DNA of 64,000 bases from Eledone cirrhosa (lineage: Eukaryota): contig OZ024754.1 in the NCBI GenBank assembly GCA_964016885.1, positions 31,434,001 to 31,498,000 on the forward strand, in the 5' to 3' direction. The position numbers were made by a program, and so were the translations under genes. The notes under the pieces are model-generated. The model worked only from the letters and a program-made list of their open reading frames with translations, did no database searches and was not told the DNA's origin. Each line of letters opens with the position of its first letter. Within the stretch, counting starts at the first letter, position 1. Positions 49,109 through 61,794 of the stretch are shown one piece after another.

Positions 49109-51197
49109 TGCTAAACACAGAGTTAAAGATTTTGGCCAAGGTGTTAGCAAAGAGGTTGGCGCTTGTCGTGGGTGGCCTGGTGGGAGATGCGCAGACATGT
49201 GCTATCCCATCCAGGTCCATTCACGATAACCTCCACCTCATGCGATACATCATAGAGAGGGTTGGCAACAAACCCGGCTTCGGTGGGGCCCTGATCAACT
49301 TGGATCAGTCTAAGGCCTTCGATAGGGTCGACCATGGTTACCTGGATGCGGTGCTAGCGGCGGCTGGGTTCGGTCCTGTTTTCAGAGGCTGGATCACTGC
49401 CCTACATAGCAACCACATCTGTTCTAGGATCAAGGTGAACGGCTACCTTTCGAAGCCGTTCGAAATCACACGATCCATTCAACAGGGGTGCCCTCTCTCC
49501 TCCCTTCTGTACGTATTGACTCTCGAGCCTTTACTGAGGAAGTTGGAGTTGTTGCAGGGTATCCCCCTGGAACCAGGATTGAGCAAAGCGGTGTCGGCCT
49601 ACGCCGATGACGTAACAGTAATGGTATCAACCGACTCGGAGATCGAGGCGATCGGTACCTTACTGGAGGAGTACGAAAGGTTGTCAGGAGCGAAACTGAA
49701 CCGGGAAAAATCCATCGGGCTGCAACTCGGAACGTGGAGAGGCAGACCGATGCCTCCTGACGGTGTCGTCGGACACTGGACGGAGGGCCCAGTAAAGTTG
49801 CTTGGGGTCTGGTTTGGACCGGACCTCCAGGTGGAAAAGAACTGGAACGAGGTTACGAACAAGGTGTTTGCACTAACCCAGAAATGGGCCAAGTGTAAGC
49901 TGTCCCTAAAAGGCCGGGCGGAGGTGGCGAACATTTACATAGCGTCCGTCACTTACTACCGCCTGACTGTCGTGCCTTGCCCTAAGGAAACACTCACCAC
50001 CATGGAACGCATGCTCTTCCAATTTCTTTGGAAGAAGCGTCCTCCTATGGTGAGAAGATCCATCTGCTGCCAACAACCTTCGAAAGGAGGGCTGGGGATG
50101 CCGTGGTTGATGATGCGTAGGCACGCATTAAGGCTACGGCACCTACAGGTATTCCTCACTGGTCAACTGGTGTGGGCTCCGTTCGTGAAACGAGCCTTTC
50201 CGAGACTCGTCTCACTCACCGAGCTACAGTCCTGGGTCAAGCAAAGATCCGGAAAACTGGGAGACTGGCACACTGAGTGTGCTCAGGCGCTCAGGGCTCT
50301 CTGGCAAGCGGGCCGGGCCATCGGTGGAGAATCCACCTCATCATTCTATAGAGGGCTGGTGGCTAGCAGGGGCGATGACACCCTTGGAGAGTCGCTGGAC
50401 ATGGAAGAAGACGAACTGGCCAGCCTGTTCGGTAGGACTTTCGGCCCAGGACCAATGGACAACTTCCAGAAGTCACTGGCCTGGCAGTGCTACCGAGGGG
50501 CTCTACCCGTTCGAGAGAGGCTCTACAGACACGGGCGCCCGGGCAGGGATCCCTCAAAAAAGATTTGCCCTAGATGCGTGCGTCACGAAGAAACCGTGGC
50601 GCACGCATTGGTGCAATGTCCTGGCGTGGCTGATCTGTGGGGCTACGCCGAACAACTGCTGTCGCGGGTGGCGCCGATTAAATTGACCGCCGAGTCCGTG
50701 ATGACAATCAAACCGCCTCCCCTCTTCACAAAGGAAGCAAAGGCGGTTTTTCTGTGCGTAATAGCCATGTTGAAAGAGGTTGTTTGGTGGACACGATTGA
50801 AAGGTCTGAGGTCAGGCAACTTCCTCTCTGGCCATAGTCTGGTCTACTTCTTCCGATATCACTTCGGAAGAAGGATAAGAATGGAGAGAGAGGTGCTTGG
50901 CCACAGGCAGTTTTATGAAAGGTGGGTGATAGTGGCGAGAATGGCTCGTGTAAATGGGCCTTCTCTGTATACCATCCTGTAGGTAAAGAAGTAAAGGAGA
51001 GGGGAGCACCTTCTCCATGTGCTCCCCGGGCAAAGGATTGCACACTTTTTCGGGGGTGTGTGCAACCCCCATCACGTCCCCTCCCTTTTGAGGTTATTTT
51101 CGATTATTTTCATGTTACACCCTTTTTACTCGATTTTATGTAAACTCCCCCTTTGTATTTGTCCCTTCTTTTTATGCCTTTATGGTAAATAAAGAAA
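49109..51197 (+). mobile_element. 5'-truncated Tx1 copy (subfamily C), uninterrupted RT-to-stop reading frame
   Basis: [30 protein letters not shown] and CPRC zinc finger; stop at 50982; 3' end AATAAAGAAAT followed by (CTAT)n. Confidence 0.93.
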
Positions 51198-51290
51198 TCT
51201 ATCTATCTACCTATCTACCTATCTACCTAGCTACCTATCTATCTATCTATCTATCCATCCATCTATCTACCTATCTATCTATCTATCTAC

Positions 51291-51357
<67 letters not shown>

Positions 51358-51415
51358 CCTATCTGTCTATCTATCTATCTATCAGACTATCCTTCCTTCC
51401 ATCTATCTATCTACC
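51198..51415. repeat. (TATC)n / GATA microsatellite; further blocks at 46075-46270, 46749-46852, 47849-47885 and 48935-49108
   Basis: Direct reading. Confidence 0.95.
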
Positions 51416-51417
51416 TG

Positions 51418-51505
51418 TTCATCCTTACGGGGGTCGATAAAATAAAGTACCAGTAATACATGGGGATGATTGCTGGCCTTGTGCCAAAAGAAGAAACAAT
51501 TATTT
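51418..51505 (+). mobile_element. 3' half of a Meta-like SINE
   Basis: ttcatccttacgggggtcgataaaataaagtaccag...gccaaaagaagaaacaatt. Confidence 0.75.
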
Positions 51506-51511
51506 CTATTT

Positions 51512-51895
51512 CACTCCCTCTCTTTACCCATCTGTCTGTCTCTCACTTTCTGCCACTCCCTCTCTTTACCCATCTGTCTGTCTCTCACTTTCTGCCACTC
51601 CCTCTCTTTACCCATCTGTCTGTCTCTCACTTTCTGCCACTCCCTCTCTTTACCCATCTGTCTGTCTCTCACTTTCTGCCACTCCCTCTCTTTACCCATC
51701 TGTCTGTCTCTCACTTTCTGCCACTCCCTCTCTTTACCCATCTGTCTGTCTCTCACTTTCTGCCACTCCCTCTCTTTACCCATCTGTCTGTCTCTCACTT
51801 TCTGCCACTCCCTCTCTTTACCCATCTGTCTGTCTCTCACTTTCTGCCACTCCCTCTCTTTACCCATCTGTCTGTCTCTCACTTTCTGCCACTTC
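51512..51895. repeat. Perfect 42-bp minisatellite, about 9 copies
   Basis: cactccctctctttacccatctgtctgtctctcactttctgc. Confidence 0.95.
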
Positions 51896-52231
51896 CTCTC
51901 AACTTGTCTTTAAATGTATATAACCAGTGTTTCCAAGTTATTTTAAAATAAGTGATGAGAGAAGAAACTCAAAATGTTTAGATTCAGCTGCCAGCACTTA
52001 TACTTGCTTTTCATTTAAATACACAGGAGGCAGGGGTATTTCTTTCTGATAACTTGTTGTTCAGACACTGTATCTAGGACTCTATATCATCACCATCATC
52101 AACTGTTTTCATCAATATATTTATTGAGGCAGTTTTCTACAGCCAGGTGCAGTTCCTGATGCCAACCATTACATATTTCTAAGTAAGCTACTTATTTCAC
52201 TCACTGCAGAGTTGCAGGATATGTTGTTTAA

Positions 52232-52594
52232 CCCTTTAGCATTTACATTTCTCTATATATGCTATTGTATATTTGCAGTAAAGGCTTTATCTCACATAAT
52301 ATCGAATCTATGAGATTTTGATGTTATTTATTTTGAGAACAATACCATAACATCAGTAATAATTGTTTCTACTTTAGACACAAGGCCAGAAATTATCAGT
52401 GCATTACTGGTACTTTATTTTATCGACCCCGTAAGGATGAAAGGCAAAGTCAACCTCGGCGAGATTTGAACTCAGATCGTAAAGGGACGTAACTATGCTG
52501 GAAAGCATGGCGTCCGTCCCTCTACCGATACTGCCAATCCACCCCTTAACATCAGTAATAATGGCCAGATATGGCTGGTTTAAATGCTAAAGGG
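52232..52594. mobile_element. piggyBac-type MITE containing a nested Meta-like SINE (52364-52546, minus strand)
   Basis: ttaa|CCCTTTAGCATTTA...TAAATGCTAAAGGG|ttaa. The SINE is flanked by a 16-bp TSD taacatcagtaataat (52348-52363, 52547-52562). Confidence 0.8.
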
Positions 52595-52747
52595 TTAAAC
52601 CAGCCATATCTGGCCAAAATTTTCTCACCTCTTTCTGTTCTAACGAGCCATAATCAGCCAGTCATACCAACATTAGGATATTGTTCCGATGGAGGTGAAG
52701 GGATGCTAACCTGACAGAGCATCCCGCTCAATGTCATGGAATGGCCA

Positions 52748-52925
52748 ATTTTTTCTACTTTTGGCACAAGGCCAGCAATTATCCCAGTGCATTACTGGTA
52801 CTTTATTTTATCGAGCCCGTAAGGATGAAAGGCAAAGTTAACCTTGGCGGGATTTGAACTCCGACCTTAAAGGGCCGTAACTATGCTGGAAAGCATGGCG
52901 TCCGACCGTCTACCGATACTGCCAA
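52748..52925 (-). mobile_element. Meta-like SINE
   Basis: Reverse complement of the 11611-11790 family. Confidence 0.82.
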
Positions 52926-53149
52926 TAATGGGAGATAGAAGAAGAATCAGTATTAGACTGGTACTACATCTATTGACCATGAAAAGATAAAAAGCAAAGT
53001 TGATCTCAACAGGATTAGAACACAGAGTGTAGTGAGTCAGAACAAATACCAACACTTAATCTAATGGTCTGATGAACCTGTCAATGTGATGCCTTACATA
53101 TATACATACATACATACTTACATACATACATATATATATTCATATATTC

Positions 53150-53512
53150 ATATGGTGGCTGCCAACTCGTTTTCGAGTACGGCCACCACTTTACATCCAT
53201 GTAGAAGAACCCCTACCGATGCACTCTGGTACAAACACTACACTTGTGACAATTATTGACACATAGTGCTGGGCCCATGGTACCATGTGACAACAAATGC
53301 AGAGAGATCTCCAGATATAAAGCAATGCCTGTGCTGTGAAGCTTTTATAGTGAGTAAAGGCACTGCACAAAGCCAGTCCCACTCTCTTAACCAAGATGAT
53401 ATTTACCAAAAAAGAAGAACAAGTCAACATCATTGGATACCATCAGGGTTGCAGGTGTTATATCAGAGTTTTCCTTCTCCTAGAATTCTGCCCTGACAAA
53501 GGCTAAGGGGTC
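53150..53512 (-). mobile_element. RTE 5' UTR / ORF-start fragment
   Basis: Minus strand CTAGGAGAAGGAAAACTCTGAT (recurrent RTE 5' UTR motif), followed by a decayed STW(N)V start motif. Confidence 0.45.
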
Positions 53513-53524
53513 ATATATATATAT

Positions 53525-53847
53525 GGAGGTACATGGCTTAGTGGTTAGAGCATTGGCCTTGCAATCGAAAGGTTGTGAGTTCAATTCTCAGACCGGGTGA
53601 TGTGTTGTTTCCTTGAGCAAGACACTTTATTTCACATTGCTCCAGTTTACTCAGCTGTAGAAATGAGATGATAGGGACTGGGTTCCCTACCATTCCACTG
53701 CAAAGTGGTTGTGGAGGTGCCACGGCAAAAAAGCACCCAGCACTCACTGTAAATGAGGTTGGTGTTAGGAAGGGCATCCAGCTGTAGAAATCAAGCCAGA
53801 ATCAGTTCCCGTCCCACCCTTGCAAGCAGGGGAAAAGCGGACGTAAA

Positions 53848-53878
<31 letters not shown>
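53525..53878 (+). mobile_element. Full-length tRNA/CORE-like/RTE-tail SINE
   Basis: GGAGGTACATGGCTTAGTGG...GAGTTCAATTC...(TGA)n. Confidence 0.9.
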
Positions 53879-53879
<1 letters not shown>

Positions 53880-54432
53880 ACATACATATACATATATACA
53901 TACATTCATATACATATATACATACATTCATATACATACATACATACAGTCATATACAAATATACATATATACATACATTCATATACATATATACATACA
54001 TTCATATACATATATACATACATTCATATACATACATACATACAGTCATATAAAAATATACATTCATATACATATATACATATATACATAAATTCATATA
54101 CATACATTCATACATTCATATACATACATACATTCATATACATACATACATTCATATACTTATATACATACATACATTCACATACATACATACATAATGA
54201 GGAACAAAAACAGATGATAGGAAGCCTGGTGTATATAGAGATATGATGAGCTCACAGATGTATATAGACAGAGCTATGAAATGTCATGTAGTCTACACAC
54301 CAGAAACAGATAAAGAAAACAAAGAAAGAGAAGGTGAAGAAGAAGAAGCAGCTTTACACACATACATATATATATATATGAAATATATGTACATGAATAC
54401 ATAGATATATGGTCGAGGGTGTGTGTGTAATT

Positions 54433-54779
54433 ATCATCATCATCATCATCATTTCATTTTACGTCCACTTTTCCCTGCTTGCAAGGGTGGGACGGGAACT
54501 GATTCTGGCTTGATTTCTACAGCTGGATGCCCTTCCTAACACCAACCTCATTTACAGTGAGTGCTGGGTGCTTTTTTACCATGGCACCTCCACGACCACT
54601 TTGCAGTGGAATGATATGGACCCCAGTCCCTATCATCTCATTTCTACAGCTGAGTAAACTGGAGCAATGTGAAATAAAGTGTCTTGCTCAAGGAAACAAC
54701 ACATCACCCGGTCTGAGAATTGAACTCACAACCTTTCGATTGCAAGGCCAATGCTCTAACCACTAAGCCATGTGCCTCC
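54433..54779 (-). mobile_element. Full-length tRNA/CORE-like/RTE-tail SINE
   Basis: Near-identical inverted copy of 53525-53878. Confidence 0.9.
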
Positions 54780-54821
54780 ATATATATATATATGAAATAT
54801 ACATACACATGAATGCTTGGG

Positions 54822-54854
<33 letters not shown>

Positions 54855-54899
54855 GCCCCCGTCACACCACCCCCACCCCATCCACACCGCCCCTTTCAA

Positions 54900-55198
54900 T
54901 GTAAAGTTATGTTGGTGCCACAACATCCAGGCCGAAACAAATGAGCTCGTGTAGGTGTCACGACAAAAAAACACAGTCCACGCTGTAATGTGGCCGTGTA
55001 GGTAACACGGTAAAAACCTCCCAGCCCCACACTGTAAATGTGGTTGGTGTTAGGAAGGGCATCCAGCCGTAGAAAACCCGCCAGACAGTCCTATGCGAGC
55101 AAGACAACCACTCTTGCCTCAAGTGGGAAAACTCCCGTCCAAACCCATGCAAGCGTGGAACATGGACGTTAAACGATGATGATGATGATGATGATGAT
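54900..55198 (+). mobile_element. RTE-tailed non-autonomous element (second family)
   Basis: Matches 45290-45592. Confidence 0.8.
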
Positions 55199-55290
55199 AT
55201 TAAAACAAAAGGTTGTTATTCAAATTCCATCTTTAAGTACCACAATATTATCACTATTGCTATAAATATATATATATATATATATAATGT

Positions 55291-55335
<45 letters not shown>

Positions 55336-55427
55336 TATATAATGGAAAAATTTGAACAGGAACAAAACAGAGAGGCAGTACAACGAATGTTTATTAATTT
55401 CACGCTATATATATATATATATAATGT

Positions 55428-55461
<34 letters not shown>

Positions 55462-55624
55462 TTTTTTTTTGGACGATCGACTTTCGTCAAATCGGACCGA
55501 GGAAACAACGTTTCCGTTGGTCTTTCCATTTGCTAGTACTATCTATCGGTCGCAACTCCAGGTAGAAGGAGCAACGTGAAATAAAGTGTCTTGCTCAAGG
55601 ACATAACGCATTGCCTGGTCACGG

Positions 55625-55669
<45 letters not shown>

Positions 55670-55839
55670 TCCGTGACCAATCTAATCTTAGACAGTGACA
55701 ACCTGTCCAACACTGACCAGACTGGAAAGTAGACATAATATACATATACAGATGTTAAATATATATTTGTGTAAATCAGACATAAACTGACTTTTGAGAC
55801 ATTAGGGGCTTCACAGATGGTATATATATATATATAACG

Positions 55840-56077
55840 AAGGAATTGTGGTAGGGAACCAGATGGACCATAACGCACCAAAGTACTCAATACTTAGGGT
55901 AGTAGAGTGGGTAATAGGAACAAGTATGACCCCGACGGCAGAGCTCAAGCCGTTTCGACGGGTATTTCTGGACTAAATAAGAATTTTACCAGGCTTTTAC
56001 CAGGCTAAAAATTCTTATTTAGTCCAGAAATAGCCGTCGAAACGGCTTGAGCTCTGCCGTCGGGGGTCATACTTGTT

Positions 56078-56082
<5 letters not shown>
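55840..56082 (-). mobile_element. Palindromic pLTR-like repeat with ~74-bp arms
   Basis: 55914-55987 is the reverse complement of 56008-56082 with 1-2 mismatches; flank homologous to 43610-43690. Confidence 0.6.
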
Positions 56083-56161
<79 letters not shown>

Positions 56162-56350
56162 CACACACATACATATATATATCAGTACATTTATGTATAC
56201 ATATATATGTGCACACTAAACAATGTGTATGTGTGTGTGTACACACACATACATATTGTTTGATGTAATGATATCCAGATAATGTGTACACACTAAAAGA
56301 CAACATAACCTGATTACATGACTTATGAAAGAAAGGATGTTGTAATGTAG

Positions 56351-57295
56351 CTGGAAGTTATTTAAGACCAGAACAACTGGGTACATCTAGAAGTTATTTA
56401 AGACCAGAACAACTGGCTACATCTAGAAGTTATTTAAGACCAGAACAACTGGCTACATCTAGAAGTTATTTAAGACCAGAACAACTGGCTACATCTAGAA
56501 GTTATTTAAGACCAGAACAACTGGCTACATCTAGAAGTTATTTAAGACCAGAACAACTGGCTACATCTGGAGGTTATTTAAGAACAGAACAACTGGCTAC
56601 ATCTGGAGGTTATTTAAGACCAGAACAACTGGCTACATCTAGAAGTTATTTAAGACCAGAACAACTGGCTACATCTAGAAGTTATTTAAGACCAGAACAA
56701 CTGGCTACATCTAGAAGTTATTTAAGACCAGAACAACTGGCTACATCTAGAAGTTATTTAAGACCAGAACAACTGGCTACATCTGGAGGTTATTTAAGAA
56801 CAGAACAACTGGCTACATCTGGAGGTTATTTAAGACCAGAACAACTGGCTACATCTAGAAGTTATTTAAGACCAGAACAACTGGCTACATCTGGAGGTTA
56901 TTTAAGAACAGAACAACTGGCTACATCTGGAGGTTATTTAAGACCAGAACAACTGGCTACATCTAGAAGTTATTTAAGACCAGAACAACTGGCTACATCT
57001 GGAGGTTATTTAAGAACAGAACAACTGGCTACATCTGGAAGTTATTTAAGACCAGAACAACTGGCTACATCTGGAGTTTATTTAAAGAACAACTGGCTAC
57101 ATCTGGAGGTTATTTAAGACCAGAACAACTGGCGTCATCTGGAAGTTAATTAAGACCAGAAAAACTGGCTACATCTGGAAGTTATTTAAGACCAGAAAAA
57201 CTGGCTACATCTGGAAGTTATTTAAGACCAGAACAACTGGCTACAACAACATCTGGAGGTTATTAAAGGACAGAACAGCTGGGTACATCTGGAGG
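56351..57295. repeat. 36-bp minisatellite, about 26 copies
   Basis: ctagaagttatttaagaccagaacaactggctacat. Confidence 0.95.
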
Positions 57296-57488
57296 TGAAT
57301 TCATTTAATGAATTCACTATGACATAGGCATGCACACACAGTCACACATATACATGTATATTAAACACACATACATATAAGCATGCTTACACATAGACAT
57401 GGAGACACATACACATGGTCACATATACATTAACCCTTTAGCATTTAAACCAGTCATATCCGGACATGTACCCTTGATGTAGAAGATT

Positions 57489-58120
57489 CAGGGAGATTCA
57501 GTGTGATACAGTGTGTGACAATATTGGTCCTTTGAATTACAAGTAAAGTCTCTCTTGACTTATAATGTAAGTGGCTGAGTATTCCACAGACTTATGTACT
57601 CTGAAAGTAGTTCTCAGGGAGATTCAGTGTGATACAGTGTGTGAGAATATTGGTCCTTTGAATTACAAGTAAAGTCTCTCTTGACTTATAATGTAAGTGG
57701 CTGAGTATTCCACAGACTTATGTACTCTGAAAGTAGTTCTCAGGGAGATTCAGTGTGATACAGTGTGTGACAATATTGGTCCTTTGAATTACAAGTAAAG
57801 TCTCTCTTGACTTATAATGTAAGTGGCTGAGTATTCCACAGACTTATGTACTCTGAAAGTAGTTCTCAGGGAGATTCAGTGTGATACAGTGTGTGACAAT
57901 ATTGGTCCTTTGAATTACAGGTAAAGTCTCTCTTGACTTATAATGTAAGTGGCTGAGTATTCCACAGACTTATAATGTAAGTGGCTGAGTATTCCACAGA
58001 CTTATAATGTAAGTGGCTGAGTATTCCACAGACTTATGTACTCTGAAAGTAGTTCTCAGGGAGATTAAGCGTGATACAGTGTGTGACAATACTGGTCCTT
58101 TGAATTATAGGTAAAGTTCA
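57489..58120. repeat. 126-bp tandem repeat (~4.5 copies) with a nested 32-bp triplication
   Basis: cagggagattcagtgtgatacag starts at 57489, 57615, 57741 and 57867. The unit resembles dispersed repeat sequence at 23485-23600. Confidence 0.9.
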
Positions 58121-58527
58121 TTTGATGGGCTTCCAAACAGTCTCTGTCCACCCAATTTCACTCACCAAGATTTGGTTGACCTGAGGCTATGGTAAATCAA
58201 ACTTGCTGCCAATGTCACACAGAGGGATTGAACCCTGATACTTCATGATGGCAAACTGAACAACTTAACCATCTAGCCATGTCTGTACACACACACACAC
58301 ACACACATACTCACATACTCACACACACACACATACTCACACACACTCACAGACACACACACACATACTCACACACCCACATACTCACACACACTCACAG
58401 ACACACACACATACTCATACAGCCACACACATACTCACACACACACAAGTATAGTACTATTAAATGCATCATTACACATTTGCCCACACACACATATAAC
58501 ATGCTCTGAAATGTGTAAGTATGTATG

Positions 58528-58558
<31 letters not shown>

Positions 58559-58683
58559 GTATACACACACAAAGTATTAAATGAATATTCACACATGCAA
58601 ACACACATATACATACACTGATATAACACTATTAAATGCATCACTACACACATAAACATAGACACCCATGCACACACACACAC

Positions 58684-58716
<33 letters not shown>

Positions 58717-60219
58717 TACAGGGAGAGTAGAAAAGATTCTCAGAAGTGTATAAGTTACAATGCCTATTCACACGCACCCTGCTGCTCACCTTTTGAATAA
58801 ACCTCCACCATCACCACCACTACTCCATCAACACCACCAATACCCCCAACCCCACTACCTCCTCACCCAACGTCAACACCACTACTACCCCCCTCCCCCC
58901 TCCCGCACCACTACTCCCACTCCACCATTATTCACATGAGAATAAAGTGTATTACAGCAAGATGATGGGGTTTTCTTTTTTTTCAAGTGAAAGAGGAGCC
59001 AATAGAACAATGTTATTCTAAGCTAAAATCTACCCCCCAGGGGCCAACAGACAACAAATATATATCTCAATAAGTACATTATCAACGCATGTAGAAAACA
59101 TTATACACAATAGCAACTACAGTGTGGAACAATCATGGTAGCATTTGAAAAACACATACAAAAACTGTTAACTTTATTTTACATATATTATTTTTTTGGT
59201 GGCAATAATAAATGTAATGTGAAGTTAAACAGCCTTTGTGTGTGTTTGAATGGCTCATGCAAAGAAAAAAGGGTGAAAGGACTAGCTCTTTTGTTGTGTC
59301 AAAGGCAAGACCTCTCTGGTGTTGAGACATAAAATGCACCCAGTATATGGTGCAAAATGGTTGGTGTTATGAAAGGCATGCAGCTGGAGAAACCATGGAC
59401 TCTTAAGTTGTGTCAAGGGCATGACAACCTTTCTAGTGTTGCTAGTGTTGATGACATGATAAAATGTAACAGTAACCATCTGTAAAGTGGATGGTGATAG
59501 AAAAGGCATCCAGCCACAGAAAAATTGGCATGCAAAGGTCGAGAGGACTCTTCAATTGTATTAAAGATGTATTAAACCTCTCTAGTATCAGTGTTATGAA
59601 AATATGTGCCCCTGTGTACTGTGTAGAGTGCGGAAATTATATGTAAGCCAGATATGATTCTTGGCTGACCTGAAAGGTCAGTAACTCCGATTAAGTACTA
59701 ATTTGGTCTGTGATGACCCATCCAACCCTTGCTAGAAGAGAAAATGGACATTAAATGATGATTTTTATTCAACTGTTTGTGGCCTGGTCACTATTTTTTT
59801 AATAGCTAAAATGATTCTTCCACAATCTAACAACTTTAGTTTCAACATGGTTTCTGATCAAATACAACTCTGAAATCATACACATTATAATGTTCTGGCT
59901 CTATAGATATACCATATATACTGAAATATAAACCAACCCCTTATTTTATGTCTGAGAAATAGGCAAAAATTCAAACCCTATTTATAAGTCGAGACAGCAA
60001 ATCAACATTGTTTAGATGGCACAGTTTAGAAATTCTCATGAGTGGAGAATATATTTATGATTTTTTAATATTTTGATATTTAAAATGTTTAAGTGTCATA
60101 TAGAATATAGTTGTTGTTTCACAACTCCATTATGTAATGATTTGTTTTTACCAATTTCAAACAGCTGTCAAGACCATATTCATTCAAAACACATCAAAAA
60201 TAGTAGGTCAAACAAATTT

Positions 60220-60940
60220 CACCTCCAAAGTGAAACTGGTGTAATATTCACCTCCAAAGTGAAACTGGTGTAATATTCACCTCCAAAGTGAAACTGGTGT
60301 AATATTCACCTCCAAAGTGAAACGGGTGTAATAGTCACCTCCAAAGTGAAACTGGTGTGATATTCACCTTCAAAGTGAAACTGGTGTAATATTCACCTCC
60401 AAAGTGAAACTGGTGTAATATTCACCTCCAAAGTGAAACGGGTGTAATAGTCACCTCCAAAGTGAAATTGGTGTGATATTCACCTTCAAAGTGAAACTGG
60501 TGTAATATTCACCTCCAAAGTGAAACGGGTGTAATAGTCACCTCCAAAGTGAAACTGGTGTGATATTCACCTTCAAAGTGAAACGGGTGTAATATTCACC
60601 TCCAAAGTGAAACGGGTGTAATAGTCACATCCAAAGTGAAACAGGTGTAATAGTCACCTCCAAAGTGAAACAGGTGTAATATTCACCTCCAAAGTGAAAC
60701 AGGTGTAATATTCACCTCCAAAGTGAAACAGGTGTAATAGTCACCTCCAAAATGAAACTGGTGTGATATTCACCTCCAAAGTGAAACAGGTGTAATAGTC
60801 ACCTCCAAAATGAAACTGGTGTGATATTCACCTCCAAAATGAAACAGGTGTAATATTCACCTCCAAAGTGAAACTGGTGTAATAGTCACCTCCAAAGTGA
60901 AACAGGTGTAATAGTCACCTCCAAAATGAAACTGGTGTAA
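60220..60940. repeat. 29-bp minisatellite, about 25 copies
   Basis: cacctccaaagtgaaactggtgtaatatt. Confidence 0.95.
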
Positions 60941-61340
60941 TTATTTAGTGAGGGAGTCAAGGAGTGTCCCTATATTTTTACAATATAGTGAGGGAGTCAA
61001 GGGCTGTCCCTATATTTTAACTATTAGTGAGGAAGTCCATTTTACTCACACATAAACATGAGATGATGAAGGAACGTGGCAAGTGGGGAGATACTGTGCT
61101 GAAAAGGACCCGTTCAACTCATGTAAGCATGGAAAAAGAGGCATATAAACAATGATGATGATGATGATGATGCCTATATTAAACATTAAACTCGTAATAT
61201 TAATAATAGACTAGACATATACTTCCTATCAAAGTCCTCTGCCAATATTTACAAAAAGTTTCCAGAAAAAATCCATTCTAAATAGAGAAAGACTTTGGAT
61301 AATTTTAGCTGCTTGAAACACACATAACTTGTGCTATATA

Positions 61341-61794
61341 TGGCTGAAAAGTTCATAAGCTGATCAAATGAGTTTTATTTTTCAACATAGTCCCTAGAAA
61401 AAGACAATGCAGTTATTAATAAGAGAGTTGAAATTAATGTATGTAAGACTTCACAGCTCTAGCATCACTCCTTTATAGTCAGCCTATGACCAAGATACTC
61501 TCACGGAATGACCAAATGAGGTTTATTTTTCAACATACTCCCTGGAAAGAAACAATGTTGTTGTTGATAAGAAGAGTTGAAATGGATGCATGCAAGATTT
61601 CACAGCCCTAGCATCACTCCTTTATAGTCAGCCTATGACCAAGATACTCTCATGGAATGACCAAATGAGGTTTATTTTTCAACATAGTCCCTAGAAAGAA
61701 ACAATGCAGTTATTGATAAGAAGAGTTGAAATGAATGCATGCAACAAGATTTCACAGCTCTAGCATCAACTCCTTCATATTCAGCCGACCCTTG
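61341..61794. mobile_element. Mariner-type MITE with ~150-bp internal triplication
   Basis: TGGCTGAAAAGTTCATAAGCT ... TTCAGCCGACCCTTG|TA. The internal unit (reverse complement of 3720-3860) is repeated three times. Confidence 0.7.

Noticed and set aside
53525-53600. tRNA gene
   Set aside because: A and B boxes are present, but there is no acceptor stem and the sequence continues into CORE-like and RTE segments. It is a SINE head.
56351-57295. 36-bp repeats of CRISPR-like length (also the 29-bp array at 60220-60940)
   Set aside because: The units are contiguous with no unique spacers, there are no cas genes, and the context is eukaryotic.
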